A stretch of 64,000 bases of DNA from NCBI GenBank assembly GCA_964016885.1, contig OZ024743.1:304792001-304856000 (forward strand). Reading direction: 5' to 3'. This stretch comes from Eledone cirrhosa (Eukaryota). The notes below the pieces were generated by a model, which saw only the letters and a list, made by a program, of their open reading frames with translations, was not told the DNA's origin and did not search any database. Positions 12,520 to 23,434 of the stretch are shown in pieces. The first letter of the stretch is position 1. The number at the start of each line of letters is the position of its first letter. The translations under genes and the position numbers were made by a program.

Positions 12520-12890
12520 AACTATTTAAGTCACACTTAATGTGTACACTTGCAAATGTACTGCAGAGTACGTGGTGGTAGAACCATCTCACAAGTGGCT
12601 TGATTTCTCCCTGGCTCCCATGACTTTAGATGGTTAACAAATCCAGCTCTTGATAGAAAAAATTGTCCTCATACATTACACCTCAATTCCTGCTGAATTT
12701 TTGCAGGCACTGTACATGGGTCCCACTTACAGAGTGAATGCTTTATAGCAGCATGCTCCACTCGTTTTTGCTCAAAGATAATCTTTCTCCATGATGTATG
12801 GCCTTTAGTCAAAACCTACCAGTTTTCCAAATCAATCTTCAAAGCTTTAAGATTGCCTTTTATGACATCTTTAAACTGATAGAACTGAAG
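12520..12890 (-). mobile_element. RTE-like LINE C-terminal fragment
   Basis: Minus-strand translation FKDVIKGNLKALKIDLENW*..SWRK followed by a C2H2-like remnant RCNV*..FLSRAGFVNHLKSH. Confidence 0.6.
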
Positions 12891-13274
12891 AGATGGAACA
12901 AGTTGTTTGAGGTGATGAAATGAAGTCTAAAGATGAAATTAATTTTCACTCAGCAAGAGTTAGATTTTTGTGAACAGATATTATAATAAGCTTATATAAG
13001 AGATGTTGAGACAGATAGATTAACATATTCCAGCATGGAAAGCAAATGTAAAATGATGATGGTCATGATGATCATCATGATTATAAATACAGTCAAATTC
13101 AACAAGGGAACTCTCATTTCTTTTGTTTTTGTTTTTAAATTTTTCTCAAATGAGAGAAAACATTAACTGCAAAATAGGTCATGTGTATAAGTTGATCTGT
13201 GAATTAGATATTCGATAACAAACTTTAAATTGCTATTAAATTATTAATGAATTAATAATTCCACTCTTTTACAG

Positions 13275-13637
13275 GACACTATATGTATGCAGAAGCTTCT
13301 TATGGAAAGTATAATGATACTACAGAGCTGAAGTTTAAAGTTTCTAAAGTCCAAGGGAAATATCTGAAATTTGTTTACAATATGAATGGAAAGGAAATAG
13401 GTCAACTATCTGTCAAACTTAAAATGAATGGTCATAATGAAAAAACTCTGTGGACAATGAAAGGTGACAAAGGGTTGTATTGGTACAAACAATGTTTGTA
13501 TATTGAAAAGAATTTTGGGAAGATAAACAAGTCTGATGATGGTGATGGTAGTCTCTCATTTTATGCTCAACGAGGACCTTCATTCAAAGGAGATATTGCA
13601 ATAGACACTATTTCAATTGATGAGAAACCATGTGCTG
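13275..13637 (+). CDS. Internal exon, C-terminal half of MAM domain B
   Basis: Acceptor ttttacAG 13273-13274, donor GTaata 13638. 363 nt, phase 1-1. Translates GHYMYAEAS...LKFVYNMNGKEIGQLSV...LWTMKGDKGLYW...GDIAIDTISIDEKPC and joins in frame to the previous exon. Confidence 0.92.
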
Positions 13638-13899
13638 GTAATATTAAACAATTTCATTTTTCACATGTAAAATTTTAACCAAAATACTGGTGACTCAATT
13701 AATTAATCAGAGAGCAGGTTGATAGAGCAGCACCATGAAAAATCAAAGCTAGATTTCCATTTTTTCATCGATTTTTTTCTAAACAGCATTGTCTATATCT
13801 TAATTAAATTGTTTATCACTCTACGAAAGTAAATCCTTACTTGGCCGATCTAATTTGCCATGTTTTCACAGGTATATATAATTTGTAACACTTTTTCAA

Positions 13900-14520
13900 T
13901 TTTCAAGATGTTGCCTACGTTCTGCAAGCACAAAATTCTCAGAGGACTGCATTGATGTTCTGCTTGTAGCCCACATTAGTCATTTTCTCAGTCTAAACGA
14001 ACTCTGCATCTCCATTACACTCTAAGTGGGAGCCAAATTCTATGGGGGGGGGGGTCTTAGATGTCACTGTGGTAGGGGTCTCACCTCAACAGGCATCCAT
14101 AGTTTGTCTTGCTGCTTGAATGCTGGTCAGTATGCCTGCCAAACAAAATTAAGCCGGATCATCAAGCGAGCCCTAGCTCGGGTAAATATCCCCACAGTTC
14201 TGGAGCTGACTGGAATATCCAGAATTGATGGGAAGAGATCAAATGGTCTTAGCCTTTCTCTCTGGATGAAAATCAGATATCTCATCAGGGATGACAGAAT
14301 TAGTGACTCTTTTGCTCCCTCCCATATCATGGATGCTATGGTAAATGTGAGGGAGCATGGCTTCTGTAGCCAATTGAAATAAAATCTTAAAATACTGGGA
14401 TCTATCAAATAACTATTTTTTCAAGCCTGTGGCATTCAAGACATTTGGTGGAGGTGGGCTGCTAACAGCAAAGTTATTGTCATCGTTAACGCCTTGCCTT
14501 ATTGAGGTATCAGGTGATGT
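13900..14520 (+). mobile_element. CRE-clade non-LTR retrotransposon C-terminal fragment (CCHC + RLE), decayed
   Basis: RCHCG..GIHSLSC..IIKRAL..IPTVLE.TGISRIDGKRSNG..W..D..SDSFAPSH..PVAFKTFG matches the CRE C-terminal pattern (DGKRPDG, PVAxETxG). The PD motif is mutated. Confidence 0.7.
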
Positions 14521-14524
14521 AGTT

Positions 14525-14710
14525 TGAGTGGCAGAGAAATACTTAGCAGTATTTGTTCCAGAACTTTATTTCTGAATTTGAATTCTGCCAATGCCAAATT
14601 TGCCTTTCATCCTTTTAAAGTTGATAAAAAAACAATACCATTTGAGTACTAGAGTCGATATATTCGATTTTCCCTTCTCAAAATTGTGCCAACATTAGAA
14701 ACCATTAATT
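14525..14710 (+). mobile_element. Diverged SINE copy
   Basis: tggcaga..ctgaatttgaattctgcc..tttgcctttcatcc..gttgataaaa..tacca..gtcgat..tgtgccaacattagaa. Confidence 0.75.
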
Positions 14711-14944
14711 AAAAGTGAAAATAAATTTTAAATGCTAAAAATATATTGACTCCAAAATAAAATTCCCCTAGAATTTCTATAGATGTGTATTCAGTTTTAT
14801 TTTGGTAAAAAATATTTTTCATACAAAAATTAGGAGTCAATGATTTTTTATTTTGTTTAGTTTGTTTTTTAATTTAGATATATAGACATTTTAAAACTCT
14901 GTCAGTCATTGTATTTATTGCTATAAGTATTTATCAATTAGAAA

Positions 14945-15177
14945 AAAGGGTAAAGATCCCCCTTCAGTCACGAATGACAATGGGAATTTTACCTAGAAAT
15001 TTCCCCTCTAAGACACACGTCCAGGTTGTTTGTAGAAGTCCAGCAGTTACCCAAGTATACCAGACACCCCTCACCACACTACCGATATCATCCAAGGGAA
15101 AGGTAAAGGTCGATATATGTTGGCACCAGTGATGTTGCAACTTATTTCTACATGGCTGAAGAGGGTCTTTACCCTTT
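14945..15177. mobile_element. Short interspersed repeat fragment bounded by ~25-bp imperfect inverted repeats
   Basis: aaagggtaaagatcccccttcagtca (14945-14970) versus tggctgaagagggtctttacccttt (15153-15177). The interior resembles an octopod SINE in reverse orientation (from memory). Confidence 0.55.
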
Positions 15178-15363
15178 ACTTATGAATAATATCACAACTA
15201 GGAAGTATGGTGAAAACCATACAATCATATTTGTTATTTTTACAATATTATTCAAGTAATATACATTTGCACAGAAAGTTTCTTGTTTTGAACTTTTTAA
15301 GATATTTTTTCCACAAATATATCTTTAACTCTTCTTATATACCTTTTTTCTGTATTGCTGCAG

Positions 15364-15462
15364 GTCCCTTTGATTGCGAATTTGAAAATACATTATGCCA
15401 TTATAAAATAGGCAATGGAAGTTTACCATGGAAGATTTATAAACCATATCCATACTCAAGTG
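15364..15462 (+). CDS. Internal exon, N-terminal half of MAM domain C (short, divergent)
   Basis: Acceptor ctgcAG 15362-15363, donor GTaaat 15463. 99 nt, phase 1-1. Translates GPFDCEFENTLCHY...LPWKIY (CxFE..LC..W motif). Confidence 0.85.
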
Positions 15463-15692
15463 GTAAATATTAATTTTCTTAACACCAAAATTAATACATA
15501 TCAATATTAATATGTGCATGTAAACATAAATAAAAACACACATACAAACACACAAACAGCTGTTGAAACAGCTAGAAGTCAGCTGACCTCTTTATAATTT
15601 AGCCATACTCTACTATCCCAAATATCAAGTAATTTGTTGCGTAATGGTCTAATTTTATCTGGTTCTATATACAACTCCTATATATATATATA

Positions 15693-16179
15693 TATAGTGA
15701 AAAATGGAACGGGAACAAAACAGAGAGGCAGTACGAACAAAGGTTTATTAGTTTCACGCTCTTGAGAGTAGGGGGGGGGGGGGGGCGACGTTTCGGGCAT
15801 AAGCTCTTTTTCAGGCGAAAAGTGTGTGGGAAGAGAGTAGAAATAACGTAAGGAGAGGAGAGTATACACAGGAAAATCATAGACAAAAAAAATCATAATC
15901 GTAAAAACACTGGAAATCATGGACAAAAAATCATAGACAGAAATAAACAACTGCAGTAAATAAATAAATCAAAAAGTAATGCAAAGAAAGGAAAAAATCA
16001 AGTTGTGGGAAGGTGTGGGGAAAGTTCAGAGAATGGTCACGGCGGATTAGATCGGGGTTGAGCCGGTAGTGAAGGTAGTATTCCAAGGTGGCATGGAAAC
16101 CGTGGGAGCGTGTATTGTATAGTGAAAAATGGAACGGGAACAAAACAGAGAGGCAGTACGAACAAAGGTTTATTAGTTT
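15693..16179 (-). mobile_element. Truncated Penelope-like element with a 62-bp direct terminal duplication, inserted in (TA)n
   Basis: 15693-15754 is repeated at 16118-16179. Minus strand has a GIY-YIG-end-like ATLEYYLHYRLNPDL and a degenerate hammerhead motif CTGAAAA-A-GAGC-TTAT-GCCC-GAAACGTC at 15787-15814. Confidence 0.7.
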
Positions 16180-16345
16180 ATATATATATATATATATATA
16201 TAACCAAAGATTAATATGGTTCATGGATTACTCAATGAATATAGTTTTACAATAGATTAAAAGCACTCTACAAAGAAGTTTTCTGGAGTTAGTAATATTA
16301 TTCAAATATTAATAACTAAATACGTTCACATAATCAAAATATATG

Positions 16346-16407
16346 TTTTATTATATATATTTCGGTGGTACTGTGCTGTTTTTTCAGTACGTCCTCATCA
16401 GATAAAA
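16346..16407 (-). ncRNA. Minimal type I hammerhead ribozyme
   Basis: TTTTAT-CTGATGA-GGACGTACTG..CAGTACCACC-GAAA-TATATA-TA-ATAAAA. Stem I is 6 bp; stem II has one more mismatch than the + strand copy. Confidence 0.8.
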
Positions 16408-17848
16408 TGTATGAATTGATGTATGACATACCTCAACTGTCTTCATGGTTCAATTCCAGTATTGGCAGTGATTTATTACAACAAATCTCAATATTTATAT
16501 ACACAAATAATAGCATGATAAACTTAAATATGATGAAGAAGAGGATGTGGAGCGAGATATAGGTATAAGGAGGGGATGTAAGAAGAAATAAAGAGAGAGG
16601 GATAGATAGAAGAGAGAGAAAAATAAGAGAAGATAGAAGAAGGGGAGAGAGAGAAGAGGGTAGATGTAACCACAAAAAGGAAAGAATGAAAGAAAGAGAG
16701 AAAGAAGAAAGCGACCAATTAAATTCCGTGAAACTTTTAATATCTTCTGTATTTGGTTATATTTGAGCTAATTATACTAATGTATTATATCAAAATTAAA
16801 CAATATAAAAATATTTTCTATAATAATCAGAAGCATAATTCAATTAATAAATATATTCAGTATTTTGTTATAAAATTCAAAAACGTTTTTACCTATCAAG
16901 CAAGTTTACAAACATAATAAATATGTATATATATAAATTCTGAGTCGTATCGGAACGCTTCTATTTCACCAAATTGCAATATTTGCAATTTAGAAACTAT
17001 TAATAATTACCAATTATGGTAATTTAATTAACAATAAAAAAAATGAATCATTTGCAACTTGTCTCCATAAATCTAGAAAAACATTTCAAGCATCATACAA
17101 ATTTAGAAAAAAAAATACTGACTAAGGGGGAAAAATATTGACTATTATTATTAATAATTCTTGAATTATTGTTATTATATATATAATGTTTTGCCTTACC
17201 TTAAAATTGTATATCGGGTTTTTTTATATAGTAAATTAATCTCATGTTGTGACTCGCTATCCTAGGTTCGGTTTTTTGAATGGTCATTGTGTATCTAGAA
17301 TTTTCTGAACTTGCGGTTCAAAATATCTTCTGGCTTTCAAAGCACTTAGATAATATAACTGACCACTTATGGATTACCCCCCTTTGTTTACATTCTTCGT
17401 ATATTATTTTCTTTCTATCCAAATGGATTAATAATGTATATTTAACATGATATTAATCCTTATAGGGAAACTACATATATTATGATATAGTTACGAAATT
17501 AAAATCGAAATAATAATACTTTCAAGAGTAAATATAACTACTTATTAATCCTATAAGTAAATGACAATTGTTTATAATTCTGATAATAATTCTAAACATT
17601 ATATAAAATGCATATACTGATGGTGATATGCGAATATGTTGTGGTAAATATCCTTATACATATTTATTATGTTTGTAAACTTGCTTGATAGGCAAAAACG
17701 TTTTTGATTTTTGAATTTTATAACAAAATATTGAATATATTTTTTAATTGAATTATGCTTCTAATTATTATAGTAAACTATTTTTATATTGTTTAATTTT
17801 GATATAATACATTAGTATAATTAGCACACACATTATTATTTGTGTATA

Positions 17849-18132
17849 TAGTAGGGTGGGAGATTGGCAGCATCGGTAGAGCGTCGGTCACTCTACTTTG
17901 CGGCATAGAGTTACGGCCCTTTACGTTCAGAATTCAAATCTCGCCGAGGTTAACTTTGCCTTTCATCCTTACGGGGTCGATAAAATAAAGTACCAGTCAC
18001 GCACTGGGGTCGATTTAATTGACTTTCCCCCAAATTACTGGCCTTGTGCCTATAATAGAAATCATTATTTGCAGTAATGCACTGGGTAATTGCTGGCCTT
18101 GTGCCTAAAGTAGAAACAATTATTTGTGTATA
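17849..18132 (+). mobile_element. Full-length SINE with a doubled 3' end and 14-bp TSD
   Basis: TSD attatttgtgtata at 17835-17848 and 18119-18132; tRNA-like head and core; the 3' motif ctggccttgtgccta occurs twice. Confidence 0.9.
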
Positions 18133-18222
18133 CAAATATTGAGATTTGTTGGAATAAATCACTGCCAATACTGGAATTGAACCATGAAGACAGTTGAGGT
18201 ATGTCATACATCAATTCATATA

Positions 18223-18284
18223 TTTTATCTGATGAGGACGTACTGAAAAAGCAGCACAGTACCTCCGAAATATATATAATAAAA
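18223..18284 (+). ncRNA. Minimal type I hammerhead ribozyme
   Basis: Stem I TTTTAT (18223-18228)/ATAAAA (18279-18284); core CTGATGA 18229-18235; stem II GGA-C-GTACTG/CAGTAC-C-TCC; GAAA 18267-18270; palindromic mini stem III TATATA; predicted AUA cleavage after 18278. Confidence 0.85.
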
Positions 18285-18327
18285 CATATTTTGATTATGT
18301 GAACGTATTCATTTATTAATATTTGAA

Positions 18328-18339
18328 TAATATATATAT

Positions 18340-18381
<42 letters not shown>

Positions 18382-18397
18382 ATATATTATATATATA

Positions 18398-18428
<31 letters not shown>

Positions 18429-18430
18429 AT
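18328..18430. repeat. Interrupted (TA)n microsatellite
   Basis: About 100 bp of nearly pure TA. Confidence 0.95.
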
Positions 18431-18814
18431 AAACATATCGGTTGGTGTCATATTAGAGGTGTGATATAGGTCGAGGAGTGCTCCACTGCTGTAATAGGAT
18501 GGGAGGAGGTTATTGGCCACGGGATTTTAAAGAACAGGGATTCTTTGAAAAAAACATTTTGAGTTATATATGCAAAAATACAATGATAGATAAAATTCAA
18601 GGTTCATGTTCACACTCAAGTACCCACACACAGACACATACACATGAACGCCAACACATTACAGAGTTCATTAATTCTAAGTATACAATTGGGTTTTATG
18701 AGTGACTGATAATTGTCAGGCTCTGGCCAAAGAATTTTGGTATCAATGGGTTATTGATACCTGTCAAATCAATTACTGGTGAGGGTGGTGGAATATGCAA
18801 CAATAGCTGCAACA

Positions 18815-19910
18815 TATATATATGGGAAAGTAAAATGGAATAACGCAGGAGTACAAGTTACAAAAGGTATTAAGTTCACGCTTATTGAGAGTGGGGGTGT
18901 GGGTGCGACGTTTCGGGCATAAGCTCTTCATCAGAAGAGTGGTGAGAAGGAGGAACTCTGAGTGTGTGTGTGGGGGCGGGGGGGTTAGTGGGAAAAAATA
19001 ATAAAAATAGAAATAAAACATGAGTGGGAAAATAAAAGTTAAAAAAAAGTTGTGAAAAGATGTGAGGCGTGTAGAGGTGGTAATGCATGTGGAGGTGGAT
19101 AGAGGGGGAGGGGAGAGGGATAGTGAGGGTGGAAGGAAAAAAGGGGTCCGAGCGGGGAGGGCGGAAGATGAGGTGTGTGTGTGTGTATGCGTGGATGTAT
19201 GTATGAGAGTCTGGGGGAGAGCGGGGCTGTATGCTTGGGTTTTGGAAAACCAATGTGTACCTTGGGGTGGAGTGTAAGTCTATGTGTGTGTGCGTGTGCA
19301 TGTGGATGGAGAGGGGTTGGGTGGGGTGGGGGAGAGCGTGCGGAATCCAGAGGCAGAGTGGGTGTATGTGAGAATACAAACGTCTGTGTGTGTGTGTTTT
19401 TGTGTAGTGTCGATACGTGGGAATGTATAGTTGTGTGTGTGAAAATGGTGCGTTTGTGTGTGTTTATGTTCCTGAATGGTTTTCTTTTGTGTGTGTGTGT
19501 GTTGTAAAGGGGGTGGATGAGTTGGGGGGGGGGGTAGTATTATTAGTGGTGAGGTGGTTGAATGTGGATGTGTGGGTGGAGGTTAGTGGTGGTAGTAGGG
19601 TGTGTACATATGTGTGAGTGAGTGTATATATATAGTGGTGTGTGCGTGTTGCGTGTGGGTGCGTGTGTCGTAGGGGGTGTTAGTATTATTAGTGATGGGG
19701 TAGACCGATGTGGGTGTGGGGGTGGCAGGTAGTGGAGGGGAATGTAAATGTCGGGAGTGTTTTAGTGGTGTTAGTGTGGGGGGGAGCGGGGGGAACGTTC
19801 GAAGGCTAAAGGAAGAGAGGGGGTGTTCAAACCGAGGGGGGTGGGGGGTCTGTAATGTGAAGATGGTGCGTTGTTTGGCCCTAAGATGGGCGTCAGCGGT
19901 CACATGTCAC
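18815..19910 (-). mobile_element. Truncated Penelope-like element (GIY-YIG end plus pLTR-like region expanded by CA-rich repeats)
   Basis: Minus strand RAKQRTIFTLQTPHP(L)GLN. Hammerhead-like CTGATGA-A-GAGC-TTAT-GCCC-GAAACGTC at 18907-18934. Region 18865-18935 is similar to 15745-15815. Confidence 0.7.
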
Positions 19911-19949
19911 TCAATCAGGCCGCTGACAGGAAAGAAGTAGAAATTCAAT

Positions 19950-20660
19950 TCCATGTCCCAAATGCAAGCTTTGGGTACTTAAAAGTAGTGGGATCACAGT
20001 AAAGCTATCAAAATATAGAGTTTTTATATGTGGCTGATGCTCAAGTGCAGTAAATAACAAGTACCCACAGGTTACTAGCTCCTTTGAATGCCCTGATGGT
20101 TCTATAAAAATAGTTGACATTTTCCGTTACTTGGGTGATGAAATCAGCAGTGGAGGAGGGTGTTCTGAAAGTACAGTAGCCAGAGTAAGAATGGGATGGA
20201 GAAAACTCAGAGTGCTAATACTACTGTTAGCTAAAAATAGGTTTTTCCTTAAAATGAAGGGCAGATTGTACAATGCATGAATATGATCAGCAATGTTACA
20301 TAGTAGTGAGATCTGGGCACCATGTGCAGAGGGTCTGCGAAGATTGAAAAGTAAGGAAGCACACATTGGTGGATGTTAATATACAAAAATGATAAATCGT
20401 AAATGAACTGAGAGAGAAATTATGTATAAGAAGGATCAGATGAAGTATACTAGAGAGGAGATTACACTGGTATGGTCATGTGATACATATGAAGGATGAC
20501 AGCTGTATAAAAAGGTGCAGGGTGATCAAAATTGAGGGAAGCTATGGAGTAGGATGATACAGGAAGACCTAGGACAAAGTGATAAAAGCTGACCTTGTGC
20601 AATTGCACCTCTGAAAGTCAATGACACAGGATTGAGATATTTGTCGTTATGCAATAAAAC
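19950..20660 (+). mobile_element. RTE-clade LINE 3' fragment (same family as 8650-9270, opposite strand)
   Basis: FRYLGDEISSGGGCSESTVARVRMGWRKLR..LKMKGRLYNA..LHWYGHV. Confidence 0.8.
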
Positions 20661-20725
20661 AGAAGACCCACATTCCCATGTGCCTGGACATCTCCCTTCC
20701 AAAATGTCTTCATTACATTTATTGG

Positions 20726-20814
20726 GAAGTGACACACATTTCGCTATTGATCAGCTCAAGCTTTGATCTGTATCAATCTAGCCCAACTCAGGAATCAAAA
20801 GCTCATCAGACTTC
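20726..20814 (-). ncRNA. Type I hammerhead ribozyme in a probable Penelope-derived segment (about 20700-21325)
   Basis: GAAGT-CTGATGA-GCTTTTGAT..ATCAATAGC-GAAA-TGTGTG-TC-ACTTC. Perfect 5-bp stem I, 8/9-bp stem II base, GUC triplet, and AATAAA 2 nt downstream of stem I. Confidence 0.8.
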
Positions 20815-21639
20815 TGTTGTGGTAATGATAGAATGAACCTCTTAGGGCTTTGAAATAATATATAACGATTCACATTATGGGATAGGTGAGGAGGAGAATT
20901 ATAATGAAGAGATGGTGAGAGAGAGATGGGGGGGAGGAGCATTGCTTGGTGGGAGTTGTGAATGTGTGGTGTTATGGATGTTTCATAGACATTATGCATT
21001 TATGTGGTGAAGTGAGGGTGCTGGGTGAGATTGTAGAGATGATTAGGCATGATAGGTGATGGGAGATGAAAGGATACGATGATGGATCAGAGTGGGGTGG
21101 GGGTGGGGTCAGATATTTGGTACAGAGAAATAAATAAAACTAAATTAGAAATAAGTTGAAAATAAGAATATAATGAGCAAGAAGGGAGGATGAAAATACA
21201 AGGGGAGAGGGTCTTGTATGTTCAGTGGCATGGTTAGTATGTAAAAAATATATATTAAGTGGGTTTGTGGTATCTAGAATTTATAGGAGTAAAGAATAAC
21301 CATGGCCAGTGAGTGAGAGGAATTTTATTAATAAATAGATGAATAAATAAATGAATTAGTTGCTACACTAACTATATGGACTAACATATATACACATACA
21401 CATACGCATATACAAATATACATAGTTAAAGATATACACGCATGTGTATATATGTACACATTTCTATATATATGCATAGACATATAGTCACATATATATG
21501 TACTCACTAGCACAGATACACATTCATACATACACACACATTAGCATGCTACTGGATACACGTAGATACATAGTGTACCTACCGATATACACATGCAAGT
21601 ATATATGTACTAGTACATACACCTAGAGAAAGAGCTTAC

Positions 21640-22155
21640 AAGAATATGTGGTGGTATAAAAATTTAGGTAAATTAGAAGTAACACTGGAACTAGACACCA
21701 GTTTGTACCATCCATACCACAAACCCAATGTAAACTCGAATATGTAAATAGACACTCCAACCACCCAAATGCCATTATTAACTCTATTGTTAACTCAATA
21801 GTTCAGAATATATCTAACAGAGGGTCCACCCTGTCAGCTAATAGGTCTATCTTCAACAGCAAGCGGAGTATTACAACCCCGCACCGGAAAGGGCGGAATA
21901 CGAAGATAAGATCACCTATGATGACCAGACTGACAATGCAATGTTACATAAGCGACACAAGCCATCAATAACACATATTGAAAAGAACCTCCTCCTCCCC
22001 ACCTCTGAGGTAATTACCACCATTAGCCAGGTCAGATGAAGGCACATACCACAACCAAGGAGGTAAAGCTATACCCTCCTACCTATGAATAGATGCCTAG
22101 CACACAAACACAAATAAGTAGGGACCAACGATTAAATGGTACAAACCACACCAGA
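21640..22155 (+). mobile_element. Penelope-like RT C-terminal/linker fragment, frameshifted
   Basis: LEVTLELDTSLYHPYHKPN..YVNRHSNHPNAII..ISNR.STLSANRSIFN..YYN..Y, then IKWYKP. Matches the Penelope RT thumb pattern FLDVTL..Y.PY.KP..Y...SNHP. Confidence 0.8.
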
Positions 22156-22189
22156 GCGCACAAGAAAATTACTCTTTCAGTCATTACCA

Positions 22190-22655
22190 ACGATTCATGA
22201 CCATAGGTAATGATTGGCACAAATACCGAATTGAAGATAGCAAGTTTGGCTTTTGCACCTACCTCCCTTCTTATAATGACCAGATGCTAAATCTGGGGCA
22301 TTACTGCACCAGCTCCCACAATTCTTGCATTTAATTCAGCCTGCTGCCTTCTATCACTCGTAAACATAGTCGCCGAGATACTTGAACTTCTCCACCTGCT
22401 TCAGTGAAACTTCATTCACATGTAGAGTGCACTGTGCAGGCTTCCTTGAGAGGATGAGTGTCTCAATTTTGCAGCACTGATTTTCATTCCAGCCACCCAG
22501 CACTCGGCATCAAACCTATCAACTGCCAGTTGGAGATCACCATCTCTCGAGTTAAATAACACCATGTCATCTGCAAATTCCAGCTGACTGATTTTACACC
22601 TGCCAGTTGTGATACCACTTCCAACACAGTTGTGCATGTTAATCCTGTTCATGAA
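22190..22655 (-). mobile_element. RTE-like LINE RT fragment
   Basis: ISQLEFADDMVL..LQLAVDRF..GMKIS..K, QVEKFKYLG, AKLAIFNSVFVPIITYGHES. Confidence 0.8.
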
Positions 22656-22891
22656 AATAATACATTATAACCACTGCCTGTGTTATGAGTGTCAAAACGA
22701 TCCTAAATGAAGTTGTATTAGTTTCAACGTATGGTTCAGGCATCTTGGGAAACAAATACATATATAGATTATCTGCCACCAATTCATCTTTGGACATCCA
22801 CTTTGCCACTTTCCATACTAATATAGGACTTGATTAGCATGTCTCTCATGTCACCTGTCCCAACAAGCCAAGTCAATGATTGCACAATCCC

Positions 22892-23203
22892 GCTGAGGTT
22901 AACTTTGTCTTTTACCCTTATGGGGTCGATAAAATAAAGTACCAGTAATGCACTGGGTAATTGCTGGTCTTGTGCCAAAAGTAGAAACAATTATTAGTGG
23001 AGAGGGTGGTGGATAGGCTGTATCGGTAGAGGGTTGGATGCCATGCTTTACAGAATACAGTTACGGCCCTTCATGGTCTGCATTCAAATCTCGCCGAGGT
23101 TAGCTTTGCCTTTCATCCTTACAGGGTCAATAAAATAAAGTACCAGTAATGCATGGGGGTAATTGCTGGTCTTCTACCAAAAGTATAAACAATTGTTAGT
23201 GGA
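22892..23203 (+). mobile_element. Partial SINE plus a full-length SINE in tandem with TSD
   Basis: The shared core appears twice. TSD aatt(a/g)ttagtgga at 22989-23001 and 23191-23203. Confidence 0.85.
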
Positions 23204-23434
23204 AAGAAAATCTAGCAGAGTACCAAACTAAATATTTTAACTGTTCAGTTTCATCTTTTTAAGATATGAAGCTGAAAATGAGCACTGGATCTGTAAGTTT
23301 CTTGTAATTCTGAATATGATTAGTTTAATTTTTAATTGTATTCTCCACTGATCCTTTTATTGGTCACTATTCTAACAATTACATCTTTCATATATCAACA
23401 GTAATATATTTTCTTGATTTTCTTGATTTTACAG

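Larger units (their letters stand above)
16295..18332. mobile_element. Penelope-like element with long inverted terminal arms, each carrying a hammerhead
   Basis: Left arm 16295-16512 plus 16767-16929 is the reverse complement of right arm 18119-18332 plus 17655-17825. Interior has GIY-YIG-like remnants (+ strand CNICNLE..FATCLH; - strand ECKQRGVIHK). Confidence 0.75.

Noticed and set aside
18700-18780. Possible decayed hammerhead (CTGATAA followed by hairpins) after a GIY-YIG-end-like peptide
   Set aside because: The core is mutated, no GAAA follows the stem, and the peptide similarity is too weak to call.
18773-19940. Overlapping ORFs rich in His/Thr/Pro or Cys/Val
   Set aside because: Artefacts of (CA)n/(TG)n low-complexity sequence, apart from the short GIY-YIG-like remnant.
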